From Trypethelium eluteriae (taxonomy: Eukaryota), in contig JAVECL010000098.1 in NCBI GenBank assembly GCA_051942245.1, forward strand, positions 1 through 54,415: 54,415 bases of DNA, in the 5' to 3' direction. The position numbers and the translations under genes are program-made. Positions 35,737 to 47,046 of the stretch are shown here, piece by piece. The stretch's first letter is position 1. Each line of letters opens with the position of its first letter. The notes under the pieces are model-generated. The model saw only the letters and a list, made by a program, of their open reading frames with translations. It did no database searches and had not been told where the DNA came from.

Positions 35737-38592
35737 ATGGAGCCGGAACAGCAATCGTGTAAAGTGATAATTGTCGGTGGCAGCATCGCCGGTCTATCGT
35801 TAGCTAATATGCTTGAGCGGGTGGGAATCGACTTCGTTGTGCTGGAAGCTTACCAGGAAATTGCTCCCCAGGTCGGCGCAAGTATCACCATCTGGCCACA
35901 TTTTGCACGAATTCTCGATCAGATAGGCTGCTGGTAAGTTCCAGTGCTGTGGCTTCTGCCTACGTCACCCCCCAGATTTTGCCCGATACAACCTCGACGT
36001 CTGGAAAAGTTACTGACGATGACTTCAGTACGTATAACCACAGCCACTTATACGTGCCAGTTCTCCGTGAATGACATTGATAAGCTGACAGGTTCCTTGG
36101 AAAGGGGACCCACTCCAAGCTTTAGTCGACAAGTATTGCAATCAAGCGTTCTATCGCAATCAACAAGGCGATAGAGTATTCGAATTCCCTGGAATGGGCG
36201 ATGTCTTGGAAAGAAGGTATGTACTGGTTCTGTTACGTAGAAAGAAATTACCACTGAGCGTGTCTGTATAGACACGGTTATCCCGCGATCTTCATCGACC
36301 GCCAAATGCTCGTGAGCGCACTTTATCAGAACTTGCAGCATAAAGACAAAGTGCTAGTGCAGAAGCGGCTAACGCAGATTGAGCAAATGAATGATGGCGT
36401 TCAAGTAATTACTCAGAATGGCTCTACTTACATAGGAGACATCGTTATCGGGGCAGATGGTATGCATAGCCATGTCCGCGAGATAATGCACATTCTTGGG
36501 CAGAACACCTCATCTCCGGATTGTTTCGAGAAGGATGAGTACTCAAGTAAGTGACCATGACCTACCGAGAAGTAAGTTCAGGTAGTGTGACTAACTGTTT
36601 TTGTTTACTTCCAAGAGGTGCCTTGTACATACAAGTGTATATTCGGCATGTCAAAACCGACTAAGGGTATTGAGAAAGGTACTACCCATACCGTCATGGG
36701 GAAAAATTACAGCTACATAATCGGGAGTGGCACAGGCAAGATATATTGGTTTCTCAGTGTAAAGAACAGTGAAACAACCTATGGGAAGGGGGTGCCACGG
36801 TACACTGTGGAAGATGAGCAACGCCTGGCGGAGCAGCATTTCAAGGACCGCCTTGACGAACACGATATTTTTGAAGATATGTATAGAAACAGAATCAAAT
36901 CGAGGCTTACTCCGTTGCATGAGTACCAGTGGAAGCGGTGGTACTTCGGACGCATCATGACGATTGGCGATGCTAGCCATAAGGTGGGTTGTTTTTGAGA
37001 ACACTCGATGAATTCACATAACAGTTACACTAGTAGTTGAGTGTCACTAATGTAATTTGTATCAGATTCACCCGATCAGCGGCAATGGGGGTGCCGCTGC
37101 GATAGAGGATGCAGCCACGCTTGTGAACGAGCTCTACGGCAAGTTGATTCTTCAACGAAAGCTAGGCCAAGTAAGCCAGCATCTCTCGACAGAGGATTTT
37201 CAAGATATCTTCGCCAAAATGCAAAGTACTCAAGAGGATCGATCAAAGCAGCTTCTTGAACAGTCCACAAAGATACAGCAAGGTGATGCAATGGAGAGCA
37301 GATTTGCACCACTAGCTGTCAAATACATTCTTCCACATTTGACTGGAGAAACATTCTTCTCACTCTGTAGGTCTGCCAAGAGTTCCTTTACCCTTTTCAG
37401 TTCATCGGATGGCCCTTGAAAAGGCGGTTAATTCAATAGAGCAACGCATCGACTTTTCTGCTCTTCAAAGCCAATTTTTTGACTTTTGTTTGTGGATAGT
37501 GGCCCCGACTACCGTTGAAGGCAGACGAATCCAATCTCTGCCTATACCTCGGCGAAATCGATATGTACCTTACAGTGACGAGTTACCAGCCAAATCAATG
37601 GGAAACATGCACATCAGTACGACTTGTTTCACACTCCTGTATTCGCTACTATTCTATCTGGCATGTCGACCTTCGATCAGACATACAGCATCTGCAAACT
37701 TGATGTATATGGGATCTCCCGGCCTGAATCTGACAACCGGAGTCGACTATCGTATCCCTGCTGGCTACGAGTCTATGGATGGAGACCTACCGTCTGCAGT
37801 TTTCTCAATTCCCATCGTCTTGATCTGGAATATAGAAGCCCACCGCTGTGGAAACCTACGCTCATTGGGGTCATGGTATGCTTAAAACCTTTAACGTGCC
37901 ATCAAAACTGCAACTTATGATGCTTTAGGCCAGTCACTTTACTCATCGTTGCTGCGTTATCTGTCATTGGGCCACAAAAGGTCCTTCCTCTGTACTTTCT
38001 TTTCGCGATTTACAATTTCCGCAGAGTTACATACGCCCTGACATCAGGGAGGCCATTATCCCTTTCGGTCGTCAAAGCTGTCAGTGGTGTCACGTATGCA
38101 ATCTACGCTCCGCTAGCTACAATTCTTTGCTTTCCAGCTTACCAGAAAGCCTTGAAAACCCAAAAAAGTACCCTATGGAATCTGTTGCCAATCGGCGTCT
38201 CTATATTGATACAGTGCCTTGCTGCGTCAATTTTTGGGGAGCCACGGAGCAAGGTAGCGGAGACTGAGACTGAAAGGGAATACATGAGGCCGTATCTCAA
38301 CCAAGACTACTCAAAACTCATGGCTCTGTACAGGATTCTATTCGTTGTTGCATCGCTAGTAAGCGTATTTATTCCGTCGAATCTCGCAAATCAGCGCCTG
38401 ATAATTGCCACTATCCTCACCTTCTGCTTGCAGAACGCCGTCGAGATGCGTCGTTTAGGCTACATAACTACTTGGCAGGCTCTGAGCGCATCTCTCGCCA
38501 TTCTTCTGGGTACAATCGTGATCGGGCCTGTTCCTGCATATGTTGGTACCTGGTGCTGGCGAGAGAATGTGATACATAGGTTGAGCAAATGA
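35737..38592 (+). CDS. FAD-dependent monooxygenase (PaxM/prenyl-epoxidase-like) with a long hydrophobic C-terminal domain
   Basis: Motifs [42 protein letters not shown] and [24 protein letters not shown]. The C-terminal ~300 aa is multi-TM ([11 protein letters not shown]...LPLYF). Seven exons splice in frame provided the first intervening sequence is a stwintron. Confidence 0.9.
35933..36104 (+). other. [D1,2] stwintron (U2 intron nested in the donor of a second U2 intron)
   Basis: Internal intron 35934-36028 (GTAAGT...TACTGAC...CAG). Its removal joins G35933 to TACGT and creates donor GTACGT. The external intron has branch GCTGAC (36084-36089) and acceptor AAG (36102-36104). The product TGC T|GG GAC CCA restores the frame. 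Confidence 0.85.
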
Positions 38593-38809
38593 GCTGCTTG
38601 GGGTCAACGTTTGGTTGCCGTAGTCATGCTAGGTGTTGATATGAAATCAAACGACTGAGGTTACCAACACCTTGACATAGCTTTACATGGTTGAACGTGA
38701 TTTAGTTAATTTGAGATTTACAATAGTCTGCTATTGATGTACTGGCTGTAAATCGACCACATTCTGTCTTTCGTTGTCTCTTGACATTGACATGTTCACA
38801 TTTTTGAGA

Positions 38810-39682
38810 CTACCATAAATTAACATCACGGACTGACTCCGGCACCGCTTGAAGATAACTACCCCAGTTGCCAATAGCCCACGCGAGGGTTGTCTTGCCA
38901 TCACGAAATTGATATGTGGCGTGCTCCACCCATTGGCCTTTGACCCCTGTTGCTTCAATACCAGGCAGGGACTTGATTGGAGTTCCTGTGAATTCTAATC
39001 GCACTGCTACTCGCTGTGCCTTCTCATCAATAACGATTGTGGTCATTTTGATGACCAGATCCGGGATTGCAGAGGCAATATCACGTAAACCGTTGCCTAA
39101 AGCATCCACCGTCTTCGATGCGCCATTGTGGATCAATTGGGGGTGAAAAAACGCTTCCAGGTCAGCCTGCGTGGTACCCTCGTTGAGACAGCGTACATAG
39201 GCCCGGTAGAAGCTTTCAAGGTCGTGACGTGAGAGTGATGATCCCGTGGCTTCCGGCTTGGACCACGCAGCGATATCAAAATCAGGCGTGTATATGGCTT
39301 CCAAGTTTGACAGTTGTCGGTAGATGGCCTCGCGATCTATAACATCGACCATGCGTGACAGTTTTCCTCGGGAAAACCAGTTCAGATACTTCCCTATGAA
39401 GGTAAGGGTTTTCCCCGAGGGCTCGATTCCCAGAACCCGCTCAAGTGGCTTCCACCTGACGAAAGTGGTAGACGCCAGTGTTTTACTCTTCTCGTCCACG
39501 GTCATGACAATTATCTCAAACTCCAAATTTCCAGCTGCTTGTATGTTCGCAGCATAGGTCTGTAGCGTCAACTTTTGGTCGTTCTTGGTGAATTCCGAAG
39601 GCAAAAATGCGCCAAGATCCTCCCATCGCCGCTGGTTGAGGCAATCGATGAAGGCTCTGTACGCAATTTCCAAGTCGTTCAT
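38810..39682 (-). CDS. Tandem SnoaL/NTF2-like domain protein (polyketide-cyclase-like)
   Basis: Two related halves: LEIAYRAFIDCLNQRRW... and LESFYRAYVRCLNE...AIPDL...RVAVRLEFTGTP...EHATYQFRDGK. Intronless. An alternative upstream ATG lies at 39729. Confidence 0.85.
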   Translation of the reverse strand: MNDLEIAYRAFIDCLNQRRWEDLGAFLPSEFTKNDQKLTLQTYAANIQAAGNLEFEIIVMTVDEKSKTLASTTFVRWKPLERVLGIEPSGKTLTFIGKYLNWFSRGKLSRMVDVIDREAIYRQLSNLEAIYTPDFDIAAWSKPEATGSSLSRHDLESFYRAYVRCLNEGTTQADLEAFFHPQLIHNGASKTVDALGNGLRDIASAIPDLVIKMTTIVIDEKAQRVAVRLEFTGTPIKSLPGIEATGVKGQWVEHATYQFRDGKTTLAWAIGNWGSYLQAVPESVRDVNLW

Positions 39683-40583
39683 TGCTCGAAACTGCGATAT
39701 TGCCCAAAATCCTAGGGATACGAATTCATGCACGCGCCGAGAGAGATGGTGTCGCCGTTCAGTAGCAGGTCCCTTGCGAGGCTTCGGAAAATTAGTTTGT
39801 GAAGCGTGAGAAAATTCGGACTTATTATCGTATTCTCGAGACTACGGTAATGGTTGTTGTAATAAAGTTTATTGGATTTCTCCATGTCTAGCTAAGGTTT
39901 AAGCATTCGGACATTCTAAGATGTTCCTTGCAAAGGGATCTTTAGAAGATCTTGCCTCTGGTGGACTGCCCGGAGTAATTAGACAAGCAAAATGACAATG
40001 CTAGGCTTCATCCAATTGGCTCATGCTCTTATCGATCCCGTGGGCTGACGGGCACGCGGCATAATTTTGGGGAAACCCTTCCGCTGCACGCCCACCGCAT
40101 CAGTTCATGGGATATTGTATCGTAGATGGGTTTCCCCCCACCTGTACAGCCCCCGCACCTGCACACCTTTCCATTGCTTATAGTTGTATTAATCTTCAGC
40201 CTTACGATAACTCTTGCCGGACGATCTGCCTAATTGGCAGGCAATAGCAAGCACGGTCTGTGACCCCCTCCAATGCAGATGGTTGCTTACTGTGTGGCAG
40301 GGAAGCTGTTGGCTACTTTCGGCACTAAGCATAATTGCCAGAGTCGTGCTTGGGGCTTAGAGCTACCGTACTCTAATGGCGCACCGTCCCCTCTCGTTGC
40401 TCAACCCGCTTTACGATACCGACGGCAGTGAAACCTACACGTGCACATCCGCTATCCGCCCCAACTGCACGAAAATGGAAACACGGTCCGAGACTCGCGC
40501 GAAGACCGCTAGAGGATCTTCACCGCGGCTTCTTCTACGTATGTCCCCTTATCTAATTGTTCCGAACACCACACATGCACACC

Positions 40584-41154
40584 ATGGCAAAACTGGCGCC
40601 AAATAGCATCATGTCTTTTCTTTGTTCAAGCTTTTGGACTTGGAATCCTGATAAAAAATGCACTGTCAAATTCAACGAGGACGCCACCGGTGAGGTCAGT
40701 CTATATTCACAACTTAGACTCAAAGAATTGCCATCTAATACACAGTGGATAGCTCGTATGCAGCGTCGAATTCAACGTCTTCATTGCTTCCCAGTTTGAC
40801 TGGGAGATGCGCTCCAAGGCCGAGGATGTCACCATGGTGTTGCCTGTTGCATTTGAAATAGCCATGACTCTGAAAAAGCGCGAACTCAAGGATTATCCGC
40901 CTCCGATCAAGCATACAGCTCTTAGCGATGCCGCCTTTGAGCAGAAGGCGTACCACATTCGACTGGAAAAGGGTGCCTTCAAAGTCGAAAATAGGACCAC
41001 CTACGGATTCAACCCAACGTACGAGTATCGGCTGGTCTGGGACAAGGCTCCCTACCCGCCGCTAGAAGAGTGGAACAACAAACCGGCAGCGAAGGCGGAC
41101 AGGTACTGGGAGCGCAAGGACTTCTACAGAGACCAGATAGAGAATACAGAGTAG
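40584..41154 (+). CDS. Hypothetical protein (fungal, one intron)
   Basis: Exon 1 MAKLAPNS...FNEDATGE ends at donor GTCAGT (~40695). After acceptor TAG (~40752) it reads LVCSVEFNVFIASQFDWEMRS... in frame with ORF 40807-41154 (YHIRLEKG, WDKAPYPPLEEW). Confidence 0.7.
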
Positions 41155-41742
41155 ACTTCATGCGTAGCAGCGCACGCACTCGACAGCAATCCAGATGTGT
41201 ATTTCCCTTCTTACCTAGTTCAGCAGCGTGCTAACAGAATTAAGGAGGTCATTAGATAGAGTCTTCTTAAGGTACAGTAGACTAGAGTGACACTATCTAG
41301 ATCTTTAGGAGATTCTCGTTAGCTACCTACCTAGTTTATCACAATCTTCATCGTGCAGATTCGATAGTGGTGGACTAAAGCTTCAGGAAGCTGAGCCAAG
41401 GTACGTCTACAAGAGGGATGCCTGGAATCTTCATGGAGCTGAATCATGGGCTGTTTCAGGGATCCAACCTACAGAGCCTCCGCTGGCATAATAGAATGCA
41501 AGGCACAAAAGGTTCAATTGTTATAAGCTTAGTCCGTTACCAGATCCTACCGATTGTAGATAATATGTATCGGCGACTTAAAGTCTATCCGCCGCCGAGG
41601 GTAAGGACCGATCCATAACTTAGCCTTGCAATCCACAACAGTATGGGCGCTCAAGTGCTTCGAAATGCTTGCGATGCCTGCCACTAGTAGTTGGTTGATG
41701 AATACAAATGATTCCGACCGCCTACTCATCCACAGCTTTGGC

Positions 41743-43611
41743 ATGTGGCTGAGCGTCTTGGTTGCTGGGCTGCTCGGCATAGGACGTGCCCAACACTTGC
41801 TTTCTCATTAAACTCCATCTCCATTTACTCAAGGATTGGAATTCTCTCCGAATGCGACTCTCTGCAATCTTATATTCCCGATCAGTCGAAATCACCCCAA
41901 ATGATGTAGGTCATCAGTGCTGGTATGTAAGGTGTTAACGCTGATCTACTAGGCCACCTACCAGCGGGCTGCAGCCGGACCTGTTGGATGCTCTGAAGTC
42001 GCAACGAGCCAAGATCCAGGAGATAAAGAAAATATTAGGCGTTGCCGGCCTTTCCATCACCGTAATTGATTACGGCGAGACCATATTTCCAGAAAACCTT
42101 GGGTACAGCAACCTTGCGAAGAAAGATCCTGTAACTTTGGACACCATTTTCCATATCGCTTCACTGACTAAGAGCTTCACGGGAGCTTGCATTAATCGAC
42201 TAAAGGGCCAAGGCTGGCTAACCTACGATGACCTCATTCAGAAGCACCTGCCAACGGCTAAAAGCCGAGACCCTGTTGTGGCCGCAACTGCGACCATCGC
42301 TGACCTCCTTGGTCATCGTACAGGACTTCAGAAAGCCGATAGCATATGGCTGGGCTCTGGTGGCGAGCTGCTGTTCAGTAAAGACCAAACAGCGACAGTT
42401 TTCAGCCATCTTAGACCTCGAGCAAGTCTGCGATCGCAGTTCCAATACAATAACATTTGCTACGCCGTGTTGGAGGAGATCATCACCAAGGTAATCGGGT
42501 AACCTTACTACGCCTACCTGAAAGAGACCATTCTAGACCCTCTAAACATGACTCGCACAATCACAACGAAAGATGGTGCCTTGGTAGGTAATTCGTCCCT
42601 GGCATATAGTACTTTGGACAGTGGCGAGCCATATAACGTTCCTCTTCTGGCTATTGGTGCAAATACCGCAATGGGCTCTGCTGGAGGCTTGCTCAGTACC
42701 GCTAATGACTTGGCTAAGTACTACAAAGCGCTGATGAGATCATGGCGTAGCCGAACTCACGCAGAAAAGGATGCCCGTGGGACCGAAACCCCAGGGAGCG
42801 TGTTTGATGATGTGCTATGGCCCTTAGCGCCACTCCAAATTATGGAGACGCCTGTAATTCGAGAGAAAAGCTATGCCACTGGATGGGCTAGAAGCCAGTT
42901 ACCCACTACCGTTGGCGATATTGGAGTTAACCCAGGACTGATGGAGAAAATGCCTTTGCTTGCAGACGGTATTGGCTCCCGACTGGCGCTATGGCATCAA
43001 GGTAGCCTCGTTGGTGCAACTTCTTTCATAATGACACTCCCTGAGACCGATCCGCGGTTTTGGTTCTCACCAACACCATGGCTTTCAACGATGCCGCCGA
43101 CTGGATCGGACAGCTCCTTGTTGAGACATTACTAGACAGCCCCGTTCACAATGATTATGTTCACTTGGCTTCTGTGAGTTCAGATCGTGCACTAAAGAGG
43201 TATGAGGAGCTCAGTCAGGAAGTGGAGAAGGGAAGAGAATTAGAGAAACCTAACAGGCCCCTGAGTGACTACGTGGGATCATACGTCGGCTTTGGGGGCG
43301 TCTTCCGCATCGAGGTGGTGGAAACCGAAAACGGACTTGAGATGCTCTTCCAAGGGCGCGAGTCGCAGGCATACCGACTGCAGTACCATTCAGATAATAC
43401 TTTCACTTGGCTCACTTCATGGAATGAGCAGATAAAAAGAGCGCGATTTATAATCTTCCAGCCAGACTTTTACTCGATACGCTTCAAAACGGGGGATGAT
43501 AATGGTATCACCACTCTGAAATGGGTTCATGATTCAGCCGTACCTGAAGGTGAGGATTTTATCAGGGAGGAGATCGCAACAGGCTTGTACAGTACGAAAA
43601 TGAGGCTTTGA
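41743..43611 (+). pseudogene. Secreted beta-lactamase-family serine hydrolase, pseudogene
   Basis: Signal-peptide-like MWLSVLVAGLLGIGRA, SxxK (IASLTKSF), DLLGHRTG, YxN (YNN) and WHQG. In-frame TAA at 41809-41811 and 42500-42502, and a frameshift near 43050. Confidence 0.85.
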
Positions 43612-43702
43612 GATGAGGTAGAAGGGTTTGACTAGCTGTATACGCATGCGCGATATGTGAATTTGCAGAACGGCAGATATTATGCAAACATACGGGCACC
43701 GC

Positions 43703-46223
43703 CTACGATGATACTGTCGTATTCAGCCAGAATTCACCCATAACCTTAACAAGCGCAGACTTGAACGCATCAAGACCATCACCTGAGATGGAGCTAAGGA
43801 TAGGGATGATCTTAGAGTGATCGCAAGTGTCCTCCGTTGCCGTCGAAATCGAAGTCGTATCGCGCTTGAAGTTGATGCCCGGAGTCACAGTCCCACTAAA
43901 ACCTGTTAGAAGACAGCCGTTCCCATTTTATCACAACTGAGACCAGGGATCAAATCCACTTACCAGTTGTATTGCGCCTGTGCGGCTCTCAGTTGGCAGA
44001 TCTCCGCGGTCTTGCAGTCACTGTCACAAGTCGAAGTATCGTAATCCCTCGACTTCCTTGCATAGTACTGCTGGAAGACTGTATCATCGTCCTCGAACAA
44101 CACCGTCACATTATGCCAAAAGGCCGGCGTCAGCTCTGCGCTCCTATCTGTGACTGGAGGGTCAAGCAGGCTGCCATACACGTCTTTCACTGAATAAAGA
44201 AGCTCCCACGTGGGACCGTTCTGATAAGTCGGTGAAGAGATGTTGGTGTAATAGACGCTGTAATCCAAAATCGCAAAGGTCACAGGATCTACAGAGTACA
44301 TCCGGAAAGTCGGATTCCCGCTTGTGGGCGTTAAGGCTGGGGCGATGTAGCTGACCATGTTTGCAGTATCTGCTGTCTGGGCGGTGTAATCCGAGTAAGC
44401 AATCTCGAATTCGTCCTTGTGAGTATGCCTGTTTGCGTTAGAGAGAAACATTTGCAAACTGAGTGACTATTGAGTTTACCCGAAGAAAAGAGCCGAAATA
44501 GTTCCGTCAAATCGCTGGATGATCTGGTCTACGCAAGGTTAGTCTTTGTCCTCTGGTCAAGACGAGAGGGTTTCTACCGAAGTATTCGCTTTGATCATGG
44601 AACACATCTGTCGTCCCAAGAGGCATATGTCCAAGCAGCCAGACACGTTCACCTGCGGATTCAGCCGCTTCCAATTCAGAGGCCAGCCAGGCCAAGGCTC
44701 CAGAGGGGTCCCGTTCCATCGTCGCTTCAAACAGCCAGAAATTTTGCTAGAAAGACATTAGACAGTTCGAAACTCCCTCCTCATGCTACTTGCGTGTCTA
44801 TTTACCTTATACCAAAAATTGGTGTTCATGCTGATAATTCTCAAGCCGGTCGTCTTGTCGAGTACAGAGTATTGTCCGAAATTCGAGGCGACGTCTGAGG
44901 CAGCTGCGCTACCGATCCAACTTTCCCAGTCTGTGGAAAGGTTATTGTATGCCCATTGAGTCGTGATAGTCGTATCAACGGCCGCTGGTGGAAAGGAATT
45001 CACGGGACAGGAGTCACTGCCAAAGTGTGAGGATGATCTCTTATCGAGTCCGCTTTACTCACTGATTGCCTACGGTCTAATTCATCAGCGCTTTTCTACT
45101 TGTCCAGGACCAAGGTATACACTCACCGCATAGACTTGACCAAGACCTTCCATGAGTCCATACGCATCATTAAGGTCATCGCCAACCTCAGTGTCTTTTC
45201 TGCTGTCAGCTCTCATTAAACTCCGAACAGGTATCACTCACCAGTAACGGACCAGACCGCTCCTTCGACAACATCGCCGGTGAAGATGCTGCCGTGATCA
45301 GTGATGATATCATACAGTTTCGCATATCCCTCCAAACTCACGTGAATATCCTATTTGGGACCAGCGAGTTTACAGCGGCATACATGCTCTCTTCAAGCGA
45401 GACTGGAGGGTCACAATATACGTTGCCGTACTCACCGGCGGGATAGCTCGTGTTTCCTGGTGCATCTGCGGCTGTGTATGGACGACAGCAGATATTCTTG
45501 GTGCAGTTGTAGCTCGCTCCGACCTCATAGAACCTGTCTACATGGATATCTGAGATGTGAACAATTTCAATGGGTGTTTCACCGCTGACAGCGGGACGAG
45601 TCGCATTGGCTGGCTTCGGTGTCATGTCTACTGTATATGCCTCTACGGCAGGCCATGGACACAGCCCGAAGAGAGTCAAGCAAAAAAGCTGGGACGTCCG
45701 CGAACCGACTGTCATCTCACGGAGGTCGTGTGCCAGGATCGGACCCTCAAGAGTAATCGCTCCTTGGCTAGCTTGAATTAGATTGCATTCTTCGGAAGAC
45801 CACTCCAGACAAGAGATTTGAGGAGTTCTCCATACCAGAGGTCGTCGCCCTCCACTCCCTGGGTCACTGTTAGCTACCGAGCCCATGAATCAAGGGAAAC
45901 GACATACCGCAGCTTCACAAACCCCAATGATTACATCGTCGAAATTGTCGTTGCCTGTGTGCGCGAGTGCCTGGAGAACTAATAGCAGAGACTAGATAAT
46001 AGATCCGTTAAATAGTCATAATGATTACGCTAGTCGCGCTGATTACCTCGCAACCGGAACAAGTTGTCGCATCTTCGATATCAGTCAGAATCTCTGAGAT
46101 AGTACTGCTTATATTATCGCGCTTGACAAGATCATGAGCATCTTGAACGACTTCGCCGAAGCTCAAAGCAGGAATCAATATTGTTGAAGCGACAAGAGTC
46201 GCAGAGGCGGCTGATACTCTCAT
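43703..46223 (-). CDS. Acid sphingomyelinase-like metallophosphoesterase (secreted, multi-exon)
   Basis: Signal peptide, Cys-rich saposin-like N-terminus, HISDIHVD, FTGDVV, GNHD (across an intron), LLGHMP, FGHTHKD, and YIAPALTPTSGNPTFR. Confidence 0.92.
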
Positions 46224-47046
46224 GGTACCAACGTTCGGCAAATTTCGCACCGTCGATGGAATTATGGTAGAGTAGACCTGGCCATATTTAATATTCTGTG
46301 TACTTCCGCCTATGTCTCTCGCATATCAAGTGGGAAGCAAGATTGTGCTGTAGCGTTCCGGGAAAGGGGCGGCATGTGCAAATTGGGCAGGTGAAGAAAA
46401 TTCTATGCATCTGCTGCACCGTGAGCTTTATTGGAACTACCTACAATAATACCTAGTCGTTAATAGTGCAATCGGCAATTAATGCCAAGCTACACCAATC
46501 GGCGTTGATGCCCATCCACGTGGGCTTGAATCTGATTGGAAGAAAGATTTGCGGATGCAGGGGCCAGAGAGTCTAATTAACGGCCCTGACAAGGCCAACG
46601 CGTTGCCTCGGATGAGATGACACCGTGAGGTGCATGGACTTTTGCAATGCACGAAATCGTGGACTGTAAATGAAACCTTCCTACGTTCGAAGGGCGTGTT
46701 TTCGAAAACGAGTCCAAAAAGGCGGCTTGAAATATAGATTTTGAGGTCTGTTATGGTGGCACAGGTTGACGGCGAAGCTCCATGGTGACCATTCATCATA
46801 GGATAGGATCGAAGTCATTGGTCTGTCATTCCAGTAAATCTCGAAGAAGCCGGATCTTATACCCAGAAGAGCGATCAACATGGAGAATGCTCATCTTCCG
46901 TTGTCATCAAAAACAACAAGTAGAGCAAATAACTCTCTTCTCGACTCGTAAAGAGCTGGGTATTACCTTTTTTTACCGCTTTAATTGTGATCTGTCGGCC
47001 AGTCGCGGCTTTCAACAATCCGACAAGGTGCTCTCCAGTCCCATCT

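Noticed and set aside
36101..36110. Apparent +1 frameshift (extra G) making the second FMO a pseudogene
   Set aside because: Fully explained by two-step stwintron splicing using canonical signals.
41809..42502. Premature stops rescued by A-to-I editing in the beta-lactamase-like gene
   Set aside because: The stops are TAA at probable Gln positions, and the gene also has a frameshift that editing cannot fix.
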